This document shows positions 35,267-43,822 of a DNA stretch of 64,000 bases, in pieces. Within the stretch, counting starts at the first letter, position 1; each line of letters opens with the position of its first letter. The notes below the pieces were generated by a model that searched no databases, was not told the origin of the DNA, and saw only the letters and a program-made list of their open reading frames with translations. A program made the position numbers and the translations under genes. Source of the stretch: Eubacteriales bacterium (GTDB lineage Bacteria; Bacillota; Clostridia; Oscillospirales; CAG-272); NCBI GenBank assembly GCA_045645405.1, contig JAZRIQ010000039.1:374-64373 (forward strand), written 5' to 3'.

Positions 35267-38200
35267 TCAGTCCTCGGGCAATCCGCTTTGTCCCCAAAGA
35301 ATTTCAACAGAGGCAGTTTTGCCAACCCAGCGCTCATTCCAACCGGAGGGTCTTTCTGTCGGCTGGCAATAGAAGGTTATAACGGACGGATAATCAAATG
35401 CGCGATCGCTCATTTCTACCACTGTGGAAGGAATAAATACCTGCTTAAGATTAGCGCCTGCGCTAAAGGCACAATGTCCGATTGAAACAACGCCCGTTAA
35501 ATCAAGTGCGGATATATTTTCGCAAAGATGGAAGGCGTAGGTTTCTATGGTTGTATCAGCACCTTTAAAGGACACGCTTTTAAGATTTTCACAGGAGTAA
35601 AACGTATATGCGCCAATGGTAAGGGGATTTTCGTTTGTGAATTCCAATGACGTAAGCGCATTACAATGGTCAAAGGCTTCAGACCCAATATTGGTTATAG
35701 ATTTACCAAAATAGATTGATGAAAGCTTTGGACAGTATGAAAATGAATCGTTTTCAATTTTTGTAACACCATATCCCTCAATATCGTTATAAAGCACCAA
35801 GGAGGTTAAGTTTTTAGCCCCGCAAAATGAGTCCATTTTGATGGTTTTCAGTTCTTTAATAGCTACGTATTCGGTGTTTTCCTTATTGCGTGGATAATAA
35901 ATAAGCTCGGTTTTATCCTTGCTATACAAGACGCCGTCAACGGAGCAGAAATTTTGATTGAGAGTCGCTACGTATATTGCCTTTAAATCACCGGTAAAGC
36001 TCCAAGTAACATCATAGGTCTTGCCCATCCAGTTAGAAATGAATATTTCCTCAACTCCGAATAAATCGGTTTCAAATAGGGATAAGGCGGTGATTTCTGA
36101 GGTGCCGTTCATAGATGGTAAAATCAAAATCTTGTTTTTTATGTTTCTGATTTCCTTTATATGATAGCTGCCTCCGCTTACAATTGAAAATTCAAATGTT
36201 GGCTCCTCATATATCTCGCCCCAGTAGGTTTTGTAGGGGGCTGCGGTTTCGGTTTCGCCGCTGTAATTCCATTTTTCTCCCCAGCCCGCAGGCTTTTCCT
36301 CTGCCTCACAGAAGATAAAGAGGTCGTATATACCTGAGAAGGCATAGTCGGAAATGGTTGTTACGGTTGAAGGAATATTTACGTACATAAGCGGTGCGTA
36401 AAGGAATGCATTCTCGCCTATTGTGGTAACGCTTGATGAAATTTCTATGCGACTTAAGCTTTGACAGTTTTTAAATGCTTCTCCTGATATATCTGTAACA
36501 CCGTCGGGAACCGTGAAGCTTTCAAGAGAAAGACAGCCTTCAAAGCAGCCCCAACCGATTACCTCAAGAGTTCCCTCAAACACAACGTTCTTAAGACGAG
36601 TACAGTAGCCGAATACCTGCCAGCCTGTTCTGCCAACGTTGCCCTTGAACGTGATTTTTTCAAGAGATGAACAGTTTAAGAATACTTGGTTGCTAAGGTG
36701 AGTGATATTTTCAGCGTGGAACGTTAGCTCCTTAAGAGAGGTGCAATCCTTAAATGCCTCTTTGTTGAAATAGGTAACGTAGCAGTTTTCAAGCTCTTCA
36801 AGAGCAGTACAACCCGAAAATGCTCCTAAACCGAGGGTTGAGGTATAGTTACCGCCTGCAACGTCGCTTGGGAAGATTACCTTTTTAAGATAGATATTGT
36901 TTTTAAAGGCGTAGTCTCTTACGTTGTGAAGGTTATAAGGAAGAGTGAGAACCTCGTCCCTTTTGCCCTCGGGATATCTTAAAAGACCTCTTCCGTAATC
37001 GCCGTAAAGAACACCGTCTATTGAAACATATTGGTTATACGTTCCGAGATAGTTGATGCTTTCAAGGGAAGGACAGTCGTCAAAGGCGGATGCGTCAATG
37101 GACGTTACCGTTGCGGGAATGTTGATTTCTGTAATTTCGCTTTGACCCGAAAATGCGTTTGCGCCTATTTTAGTTACGGTCATACCTTCAATTTGAGAAG
37201 GAATTGTAATTACTCCTGCGCCCTCGCAGTTGGTTATTGTTACTGTGCCGTAGGACACTGTATAGGTGATTGTTGCGGTTGAGGGAGGGACGTTGTTGTT
37301 TTCTTGACCCCAAAGAACCGAGGCTGCGCCCTCGGACCAGTCAGATGGCCAAGCGCTTGGCTTTGATTCCGCCTCGCAAAGAACGGTTAATTCGTATATA
37401 CAGTCAAGGAATAGCTGATTGCCCACAGAGGTGAGTGTTTTTGGAATATAGATTTCTAAAAGACCGGATTCCGCAAACACTAAAGAGCCTAATTTCTCAA
37501 CCACGGACAAATCAATGGTTGTAAGAGAAAGACAGCCTAAAAATGCGCCATTGCTTATTTCCTTAACGGAAGCGCAGTTAAATATTACGTCTTCAAGAAG
37601 CATACAACACGCAAAAGCGTTTTCTTCAATGCCCCATACGGTTTGTGCTTTAAATTCGATTTGCTCAAGTGACCAGCAGTTAAGGAAGCAGTTTTTCTCA
37701 AAATAGTTGGCAATATAGCCAAGCTCTATTTTAGTAAGGCTTATGCAGCCCTCAAATGCGCCCTCACATACCTTGCCTATTCCGTAGGTAAGAGTTGGGT
37801 CATCAGGCAGGTAAATTTCCTCAAGGAAAATTGCATAGCTGAAGGCAAACGGTCCTATTACGTCAACGCTTGAGGGGGCAATGTATACGGTATCCTCTCT
37901 TCCCGTCGGATATTTGTAAAGCCACGTTCCTGTTTCGTTAAAGAGAACGCCGTCAATTGAAGAAAACTTTGGGTTACCGCTTTCCACCGTAAATTTCGTA
38001 AGAGCGAAGCATTCCTCAAAGGCGGTAACGTCAATGCGCTTAACCGTTTTTGGGATTACTATTTCCGAAAGAAACTCATTCTGATAAAAGGCAAGAGCGG
38101 AAATTTCAACAACGTTTTCCCCTTGATATGTGCTTGGAACAACAACTCTTTCAAGCTCTCCGTCGTAGTAAGTGAGAGCATAGCCGCCGGAAACTGCTTC

Positions 38201-39526
38201 AAATTCAAAGGAGCATTCACTCCATTTTGCGTAAAGAGTAACGTCTTTTCCCTCTAAGCCCGACAGAGCGCCGTCAATTAACGTGATAAAGTCCTCTTCA
38301 AAATACCAGCCCTCAAAAGAGGCGCTCTCCTTGGTTGGCGAATGAATAATTGTGGAAACGCCGGATAAGTACTCGCTTGGATTGGCAACGTTATTTTCAC
38401 CGCCGTTTAATTCATAGCTTATGGAATATTTAATTCGGTTGTATTTTGCCGTCAATGAAACGTCATTTGTTGTTCCCTTGGGGATTTGTGAGAATTTTGT
38501 TCCGTTCTTGTCATACCAACCGTCAAAGGTGTAATGCTTGAGGCTTGGAGTCGGAAGAACGATAGTGTCCTCTGACGTGAATTTATCGGGAACTGTGATA
38601 TCAAATTCGCCGTTCTTTGCATCAAGGGTTAATGTGTATTGAGCTACGTCCCATATAGCGTAGAGTGTTAAATTTGACGTTCCCATCTGTAAGGAAGCAC
38701 AATTGGCGTAAGCTACCTCTCCGCCGGGGGACAGCGCCCAACCCTTAAAGGTATAGCCCGATTTTTCAAAGGTGTTTGTGGGGAGAATTACCGTTTCGTC
38801 GGTATTGGCGCTTGCTTCATATTTGTCGCCCGTTTCGCTGTTTACAAAAAACAGGGTGTTTTTGTTTGGTGTCCATTTTGCCGTAAGAGTTACGTTGTTT
38901 TTTATTTTATCGGTATCAAAGTTCCATTTTTTATATCCAACGTACCAGCCCTCAAAGGTGTATCCCTCCTTGGTTGGCGGCGTAAAATCGTCAATTCCTT
39001 TTCCTTCCTTAATTACAAGGTCGGAAACGGCAGAGCCGCCCACGGTATCGAATTTAACCAAATAGCTTTCCTTTTGAAGAACTATGCCGAAGATTACGTA
39101 GCTTAAAACGCTGAGCGAAATCAGCGCAATGCCAATAAAAATGCAAAGGGACGCTATCAGCTTTTTATTAAGGGGCTTCGAACGCTCCTTGGTGTAATTC
39201 ACCTGAACGGCAACCTCGTTGTGTACTATTTTCGAGCTGGCGGTGTCATCAGAGGTATTTTCCAAAATTTCAACCTCCTGCTCCTCCTCTTTTTCTGCTT
39301 CCACTATATTTGCCACAAGGGGAAGTTCGATAGAATCGTCCATTAGTATATCGTAGGAAACGTTGAAAAGATGAGAGATTTTTTTTAATTTATCAAGGTC
39401 GGGCTGATTAACGTCAGCCTCCCATTTATAAACGGCTTGTCTTGATACCTCCAGCTTTGTAGCCAGCTGCTCCTGACTCCAGCCCTTGTCTTTTCGCAAA
39501 AGAGCTATTTTTTCGGATAATTTCAT
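35267..39526 (-). CDS. XRE-family HTH domain, single TM helix, and a giant ectodomain of InlB B-repeats and three BspA-type LRR blocks
   Basis: 1419-aa ORF. N-terminal KIALLRKDKGWSQEQLATKLEVSRQAVYKWEADVNQPDLDKLKKISHLFNVSYDILM is HTH_3-like. An acidic linker is followed by KK-LIASLCIFIGIALISLSVLSYVIFGIVL (TM, positive-inside). B-repeat motifs GYTFEGWY, GYTFKGWA, HYTFDGWY and ASFEGWY. Many LRR_5-type I..AF..C..L units. GGAG RBS. Confidence 0.85.
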   Translation of the reverse strand: MKLSEKIALLRKDKGWSQEQLATKLEVSRQAVYKWEADVNQPDLDKLKKISHLFNVSYDILMDDSIELPLVANIVEAEKEEEQEVEILENTSDDTASSKIVHNEVAVQVNYTKERSKPLNKKLIASLCIFIGIALISLSVLSYVIFGIVLQKESYLVKFDTVGGSAVSDLVIKEGKGIDDFTPPTKEGYTFEGWYVGYKKWNFDTDKIKNNVTLTAKWTPNKNTLFFVNSETGDKYEASANTDETVILPTNTFEKSGYTFKGWALSPGGEVAYANCASLQMGTSNLTLYAIWDVAQYTLTLDAKNGEFDITVPDKFTSEDTIVLPTPSLKHYTFDGWYDKNGTKFSQIPKGTTNDVSLTAKYNRIKYSISYELNGGENNVANPSEYLSGVSTIIHSPTKESASFEGWYFEEDFITLIDGALSGLEGKDVTLYAKWSECSFEFEAVSGGYALTYYDGELERVVVPSTYQGENVVEISALAFYQNEFLSEIVIPKTVKRIDVTAFEECFALTKFTVESGNPKFSSIDGVLFNETGTWLYKYPTGREDTVYIAPSSVDVIGPFAFSYAIFLEEIYLPDDPTLTYGIGKVCEGAFEGCISLTKIELGYIANYFEKNCFLNCWSLEQIEFKAQTVWGIEENAFACCMLLEDVIFNCASVKEISNGAFLGCLSLTTIDLSVVEKLGSLVFAESGLLEIYIPKTLTSVGNQLFLDCIYELTVLCEAESKPSAWPSDWSEGAASVLWGQENNNVPPSTATITYTVSYGTVTITNCEGAGVITIPSQIEGMTVTKIGANAFSGQSEITEINIPATVTSIDASAFDDCPSLESINYLGTYNQYVSIDGVLYGDYGRGLLRYPEGKRDEVLTLPYNLHNVRDYAFKNNIYLKKVIFPSDVAGGNYTSTLGLGAFSGCTALEELENCYVTYFNKEAFKDCTSLKELTFHAENITHLSNQVFLNCSSLEKITFKGNVGRTGWQVFGYCTRLKNVVFEGTLEVIGWGCFEGCLSLESFTVPDGVTDISGEAFKNCQSLSRIEISSSVTTIGENAFLYAPLMYVNIPSTVTTISDYAFSGIYDLFIFCEAEEKPAGWGEKWNYSGETETAAPYKTYWGEIYEEPTFEFSIVSGGSYHIKEIRNIKNKILILPSMNGTSEITALSLFETDLFGVEEIFISNWMGKTYDVTWSFTGDLKAIYVATLNQNFCSVDGVLYSKDKTELIYYPRNKENTEYVAIKELKTIKMDSFCGAKNLTSLVLYNDIEGYGVTKIENDSFSYCPKLSSIYFGKSITNIGSEAFDHCNALTSLEFTNENPLTIGAYTFYSCENLKSVSFKGADTTIETYAFHLCENISALDLTGVVSIGHCAFSAGANLKQVFIPSTVVEMSDRAFDYPSVITFYCQPTERPSGWNERWVGKTASVEILWGQSGLPED

Positions 39527-39578
39527 TTCTCTTTCTCCTTTGATGCAACAGCAATATGCTTGGTTGTTTTATGCTTCC

Positions 39579-39607
39579 ATAATAGCATAAGAGCTTGAAT
39601 TTGACAA
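39579..39607 (-). promoter_or_regulatory. sigma-70 promoter of the HTH-LRR gene
   Basis: Minus strand reads TTGTCA (39607-39602), 17 nt, then TATTAT (39584-39579). Confidence 0.5.
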
Positions 39608-39609
39608 GA

Positions 39610-39640
39610 AACCTACGGTTGCTTTTGTCAACCGTAGGTT
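39610..39640. promoter_or_regulatory. perfect 12-bp inverted repeat (HAD-gene terminator and/or operator)
   Basis: aacctacggttg-cttttgt-caaccgtaggtt, directly abutting the -35 element of the HTH-LRR gene promoter. Confidence 0.5.
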
Positions 39641-39698
39641 AGCAATTGCATTTTAGTGCTGATATGTGTCGATAATTCAAGGTCTTAATTTCAACAAA

Positions 39699-40337
39699 TT
39701 ATTCAATATCAAATTGATATTTGGAGTCTTTATCCAAGTAATAATCACACATTGAAACAAGCTCGCCTTCTTCTGCAAAGACGTTTTTATCGTAAACGCC
39801 AACCACCTTGAAGCCGTTATTATAGCAGGTTCGTATTGCGTGGATTGCGTCCTCAAAAACGTAGGTTGTTTCCTTATCCGTGTCTAAAAATTCCAATGCT
39901 TTTTCGAAAATAAGGGGGAATTGCTTGCCAAGGCCTACCTCCTTTGAGGTAAATATGGCTGAAAAGAAATCCTTTATTTTGAGTCTTTCGAGAATTTTTT
40001 CAACAACACATCTATCGGTTGCGGTGGCAAGACACATTTTTACTCCCGCGTTTTTTAAGCGAAGCAGCATATCGTAAACGCCGTCCTTTAAAACTACGTC
40101 GTTATCGTAGTATTTATCCATAATTTTATATACGTCCTTTGATACTTCGTCATAAGGAAAAGGAATTTCTTGATATTCGTACCACGCTCTCATTCCTTTG
40201 TCTGTAAAGTATCTGTCCGTGTCTTTTTTAGGTGTCAAGCCCTTTGAAATGAGATATTCTGACGGTGATATTGCCCAATAGTCCATTGAGTTTAAAAGTG
40301 TACCGTCCATATCAAAAATTGCGCCTGTGATTTTCAT
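39699..40337 (-). CDS. HAD-superfamily phosphatase (beta-phosphoglucomutase-like subfamily IA)
   Basis: 212-aa ORF with motif I (IFDMDGTLLNS) and motif IV (VFEDAIHA). Confidence 0.8.
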   Translation of the reverse strand: MKITGAIFDMDGTLLNSMDYWAISPSEYLISKGLTPKKDTDRYFTDKGMRAWYEYQEIPFPYDEVSKDVYKIMDKYYDNDVVLKDGVYDMLLRLKNAGVKMCLATATDRCVVEKILERLKIKDFFSAIFTSKEVGLGKQFPLIFEKALEFLDTDKETTYVFEDAIHAIRTCYNNGFKVVGVYDKNVFAEEGELVSMCDYYLDKDSKYQFDIE

Positions 40338-40415
40338 TGTAAATTTCCTCGATTTAAAAGCAATATTTATACGTTTATTTTACACCCATATATTCAAAAA
40401 GTCAATTATATATTA

Positions 40416-40444
40416 TTGAAATATACTACAAAATGTGCTACAAT
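40416..40444 (+). promoter_or_regulatory. sigma-70 promoter of the TIM-barrel/amidohydrolase/MATE operon
   Basis: TTGAAA, 17 nt, then TACAAT. Confidence 0.5.
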
Positions 40445-40493
40445 TAGTTTGTTGCAAAGTTTTTTGTCAATTATTTACTAACGAGGTAGAGTT

Positions 40494-41354
40494 ATGAAAA
40501 TATCAACTGAAATTTATTCATCTGCAAGACACGTGGGCGAGGAAAAGGCAATTGAGCTTCTTGCCAAAGCAGGCTTTGATTGCTGGGACTTCTCCATGTT
40601 TGATATGGCGCGCATTAACTGGTCAACGTGGCAGCTTGTTGAAACAAATCACCCTCTTGCAAAGGACGGATATGCAAGTTTTGCAAAGCAGCTGAAAAAG
40701 GTAGCAGACGACTGCGGAATTGTGTGCAATCAATCTCACGCGCCGTTTCCATCAAAGGTTGTGGGGATGGATTACATAAAGCGCGCTATTGAATGTACCG
40801 CTATTGCGGGGGGAGAAATTTGCGTAGTTCATCCCGATAACAATGCAAGCGCAGAGGAAAATGCTCAAATGTATAATATGCTTTTGCCCTTTGCCAAGGA
40901 GCATAACGTTAAAATTGCCACGGAAAATATGTGGAACTGGGAAAGCGGTGCTTCAAAAAGCTGTCCTGCGGCTTGCTCATTAGCTGATGACTTTAAAAAG
41001 CATATTGACGTAATTAACGACCCTTATTTCGTTGCTTGTCTTGACATCGGTCACGCGGAAATGGAAGGCTCCGGCGATGGCGCTCCTTATATGATAAGAG
41101 AGCTTGCTCACAGACTTCAAGCTTTACATATACACGATAACGACAGGCTGGGCGACACTCATCAAATACCGTTTTCTATGAAAATTGATTTTAATGAGGT
41201 TGCAAAGGCACTTAAGGATATTAACTATGGCGGAGTATTGACGCTGGAGGCTGACAGATACCTTGAGGCTTACAATGCAGAAAACGTTCTTGAGGGAATG
41301 AAGGAGCTTGCAAATAGCGCAAGACGTCTTGAAAAGCTGATTTTAGAGGCATAG
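40494..41354 (+). CDS. Sugar phosphate isomerase/epimerase (xylose isomerase-like TIM barrel)
   Basis: 286-aa ORF with the AP_endonuc_2-type pattern (VHPDN..ATENM..DIGHAE..HIHDN). Confidence 0.75.
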   Translation: MKISTEIYSSARHVGEEKAIELLAKAGFDCWDFSMFDMARINWSTWQLVETNHPLAKDGYASFAKQLKKVADDCGIVCNQSHAPFPSKVVGMDYIKRAIECTAIAGGEICVVHPDNNASAEENAQMYNMLLPFAKEHNVKIATENMWNWESGASKSCPAACSLADDFKKHIDVINDPYFVACLDIGHAEMEGSGDGAPYMIRELAHRLQALHIHDNDRLGDTHQIPFSMKIDFNEVAKALKDINYGGVLTLEADRYLEAYNAENVLEGMKELANSARRLEKLILEA

Positions 41355-41356
41355 TT

Positions 41357-42436
41357 ATGTTGGAATATAATAGAATAAACGAAAAAATTATTGATATGCA
41401 TACTCATCTTGAGGCGTGGGAAAACGAGGAGTTTTCCGATTTTACAAGGTGCTTTGATAAATACAGAGAGATTACGGGCGTTAGCGCTATAAATATATGC
41501 ACAGTACCTGCCGCTCAATCAAACGTATGCAATAATATTATGCTGGCTTTATACAAAATAGCAAATGAGAATACCTATATTCACGGCGGCTTTGAGCATA
41601 TAATTTATCCGATGACGGAAAATATGCCAAAAGGTATGGATTTGGTGACACAGTATAGGGAGCTTATGGAGATAGGCTTTGACGGAATAAAGCTGATTGA
41701 GGGAAAGCCCAATTGCTTGAAGCCTCTTGGAAACAATTTAAACCATCCGTCCTTTGATAGGCTCTATTCCGAAATGGAGAGGGACAGCACCCACATAGTT
41801 TTCCATATAAACGACCCTTACGATTGCTGGGATAGGGAAAAAACCTCACAGGAATTTATTGATAACGGTTGGTTTTACGGTGACGGCACCCATCTTACCT
41901 TTGAGGAAATTTATAATCAAGCCATGGAGCTTTTAAGTAAGCATCCTAACTTGAAGGCTACCCTTGCGCATTTCTTTTTCTGCGGTGATATGCCAAATAG
42001 ACTTGAGGAGATTTTTGAAAGATTTCCCAACGTGTGCGTGGATATAACTCCGGGCTGTGAAATGTATCATTCCTTTGAGAATAATCACGATTTTTACGTT
42101 GAGTTTTTCAGTAAGTATTCTGACAGAATTTTGCTTGGTACTGACGGAACGTTTCCGTGGGCAACCAAATGCCATTCCTGGTGCCTTAACGTGCTTTATG
42201 AGTTTATTGCAACCGACCATAAAAATATGGCTTTTGACGACAGTATTCTTACGGGGCTTAATTTAAATAAAGAGGCAAAAGAGAATATTTTGTACAAAAA
42301 CTACGAAAGCCGTGTTGACAAAAAGCCAAAGGCTATAAACAAGGACGCATTAAAGCGTTACGTGGAAAAATATAAGCAATTTATATCCGATAATGATTGG
42401 AAAAGACTTATTCCGTTTATGGAAAGGTATCTATAA
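41357..42436 (+). CDS. Amidohydrolase-fold protein (paralog A)
   Basis: 359-aa ORF with an IIDMHTHLE metal motif, GFDGIKLIEGKPN, LAHFFFCGD and ILLGTDGTF. Lies 2 nt after the upstream gene. Confidence 0.7.
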   Translation: MLEYNRINEKIIDMHTHLEAWENEEFSDFTRCFDKYREITGVSAINICTVPAAQSNVCNNIMLALYKIANENTYIHGGFEHIIYPMTENMPKGMDLVTQYRELMEIGFDGIKLIEGKPNCLKPLGNNLNHPSFDRLYSEMERDSTHIVFHINDPYDCWDREKTSQEFIDNGWFYGDGTHLTFEEIYNQAMELLSKHPNLKATLAHFFFCGDMPNRLEEIFERFPNVCVDITPGCEMYHSFENNHDFYVEFFSKYSDRILLGTDGTFPWATKCHSWCLNVLYEFIATDHKNMAFDDSILTGLNLNKEAKENILYKNYESRVDKKPKAINKDALKRYVEKYKQFISDNDWKRLIPFMERYL

Positions 42437-42445
42437 AATCATACT

Positions 42446-43792
42446 ATGAATCTTACTCAAGGAAAAATATTTAAAACCTTATTTATCTATTCTTTACCGC
42501 TTATACTTACCAATATGGTACAGCTTTTGTTCCATGCGGCTGACGTAACGGTATTGGGAATTTTGGTAGATGAGCATGCGGTTGCCGCAGTTGGAGCTTG
42601 CGGCCCCATTATATCGTTGCTTGTGAGTCTTTTTGCTTCCTTTGCCACAGGTGCTAACATTTTAATTGCGAAGCACGTTGGCGCAAAGAACGAAGAGAGG
42701 GGAAGAAAAGCCACGGGTACTGCAATAATTATCGGCTTTTTATCGGGCATTATAATGATGATTATTGCACAAATTTGGGCAAGGGACATTCTCATTTTAA
42801 TGAAGTGTCAGCCCTCTGTATTAGACCAAGCGGTCACTTATATGCGCATTTACTTTTTGGGAATGCCTGTAATTATGCTGTACAACTTTCTTGCGGCTAT
42901 TCTTCGCTCGGTGGGCGATAGCCTGCGCCCTATGATTTATATGCTTCTTGCGGGAGTTGTAAATATCGGTCTTAACGTTTTCTTTATTGCCGTGTGCAAT
43001 TTAACGGTTACAGGTGTTGCTCTTGCAACGTTTTTATCCAACCTTGTGTCGTTAATTCTGGCTTTGATAGCTCTATTAAAAAATAAGGGCTACTGCAAAA
43101 TAGAATTAAAAAATCTGCGGATTTTCAAGAGCGAGCTTAAGGAAATTGTAAAAATAGGCGTTCCCTCCTGCTTGTGCAGCTTATCCTACTATATAGCAAA
43201 TCTGTTTGTTTCTGCGGGACTGAACTCCATTAGCGAGGAGGCAATGTCCGCAGGAGCGTTTGCAGGTCAGTTTGACGCTATCGTATATAACGTGGGAATG
43301 TCGATTGCTATTGCTTGTATGTCAATGGTAGGTCAATGCTACGGCGCAAAAATGACGGACAGAATAAAAAAGACGGTTCTTGTAAGCGCTGTATATGCAA
43401 CCGTTGCAAGCTTGTCCCTCGGCTCTCTTGTGGTAATTTTTTCTGAAAATCTTCTTGGCATTATGACCGATAGCGTATCTATAATCGCCATTGGAAAGGA
43501 ACAGCTTACTACCGTGTGCCTTACCCATTTTATAACGAGTCTTATGGAAGTATTTTCTTTTAGCCTAAGAGCGTTAAAAAGACCGAACTGTACTATGGTG
43601 GTTGGCTTTATATGCGGCTTCGGAGTGCGCACCTTCTGGGTTACCGTGATTTGGAAAATGATTGGCGGCGCCGTTGGCACGCTATTCCTTGCTTACGGTG
43701 TCAGCGCATTTTGCGCATTGGTAATCTATGCAATAATTTTTGCTAATACAATCAGAAGAGAAAAGCAAGCTGTTTTGAAAGGCAATATATAA
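42446..43792 (+). CDS. MATE family efflux transporter
   Basis: 448-aa, 12-TM ORF. The N-terminal IFKTLFIYSLPLILTNMVQLLFHAADVTVLG is typical of MATE. Confidence 0.85.
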   Translation: MNLTQGKIFKTLFIYSLPLILTNMVQLLFHAADVTVLGILVDEHAVAAVGACGPIISLLVSLFASFATGANILIAKHVGAKNEERGRKATGTAIIIGFLSGIIMMIIAQIWARDILILMKCQPSVLDQAVTYMRIYFLGMPVIMLYNFLAAILRSVGDSLRPMIYMLLAGVVNIGLNVFFIAVCNLTVTGVALATFLSNLVSLILALIALLKNKGYCKIELKNLRIFKSELKEIVKIGVPSCLCSLSYYIANLFVSAGLNSISEEAMSAGAFAGQFDAIVYNVGMSIAIACMSMVGQCYGAKMTDRIKKTVLVSAVYATVASLSLGSLVVIFSENLLGIMTDSVSIIAIGKEQLTTVCLTHFITSLMEVFSFSLRALKRPNCTMVVGFICGFGVRTFWVTVIWKMIGGAVGTLFLAYGVSAFCALVIYAIIFANTIRREKQAVLKGNI

Positions 43793-43822
43793 AAAAGAGA
43801 GGAAATTCCTCTCTTTTTGATT

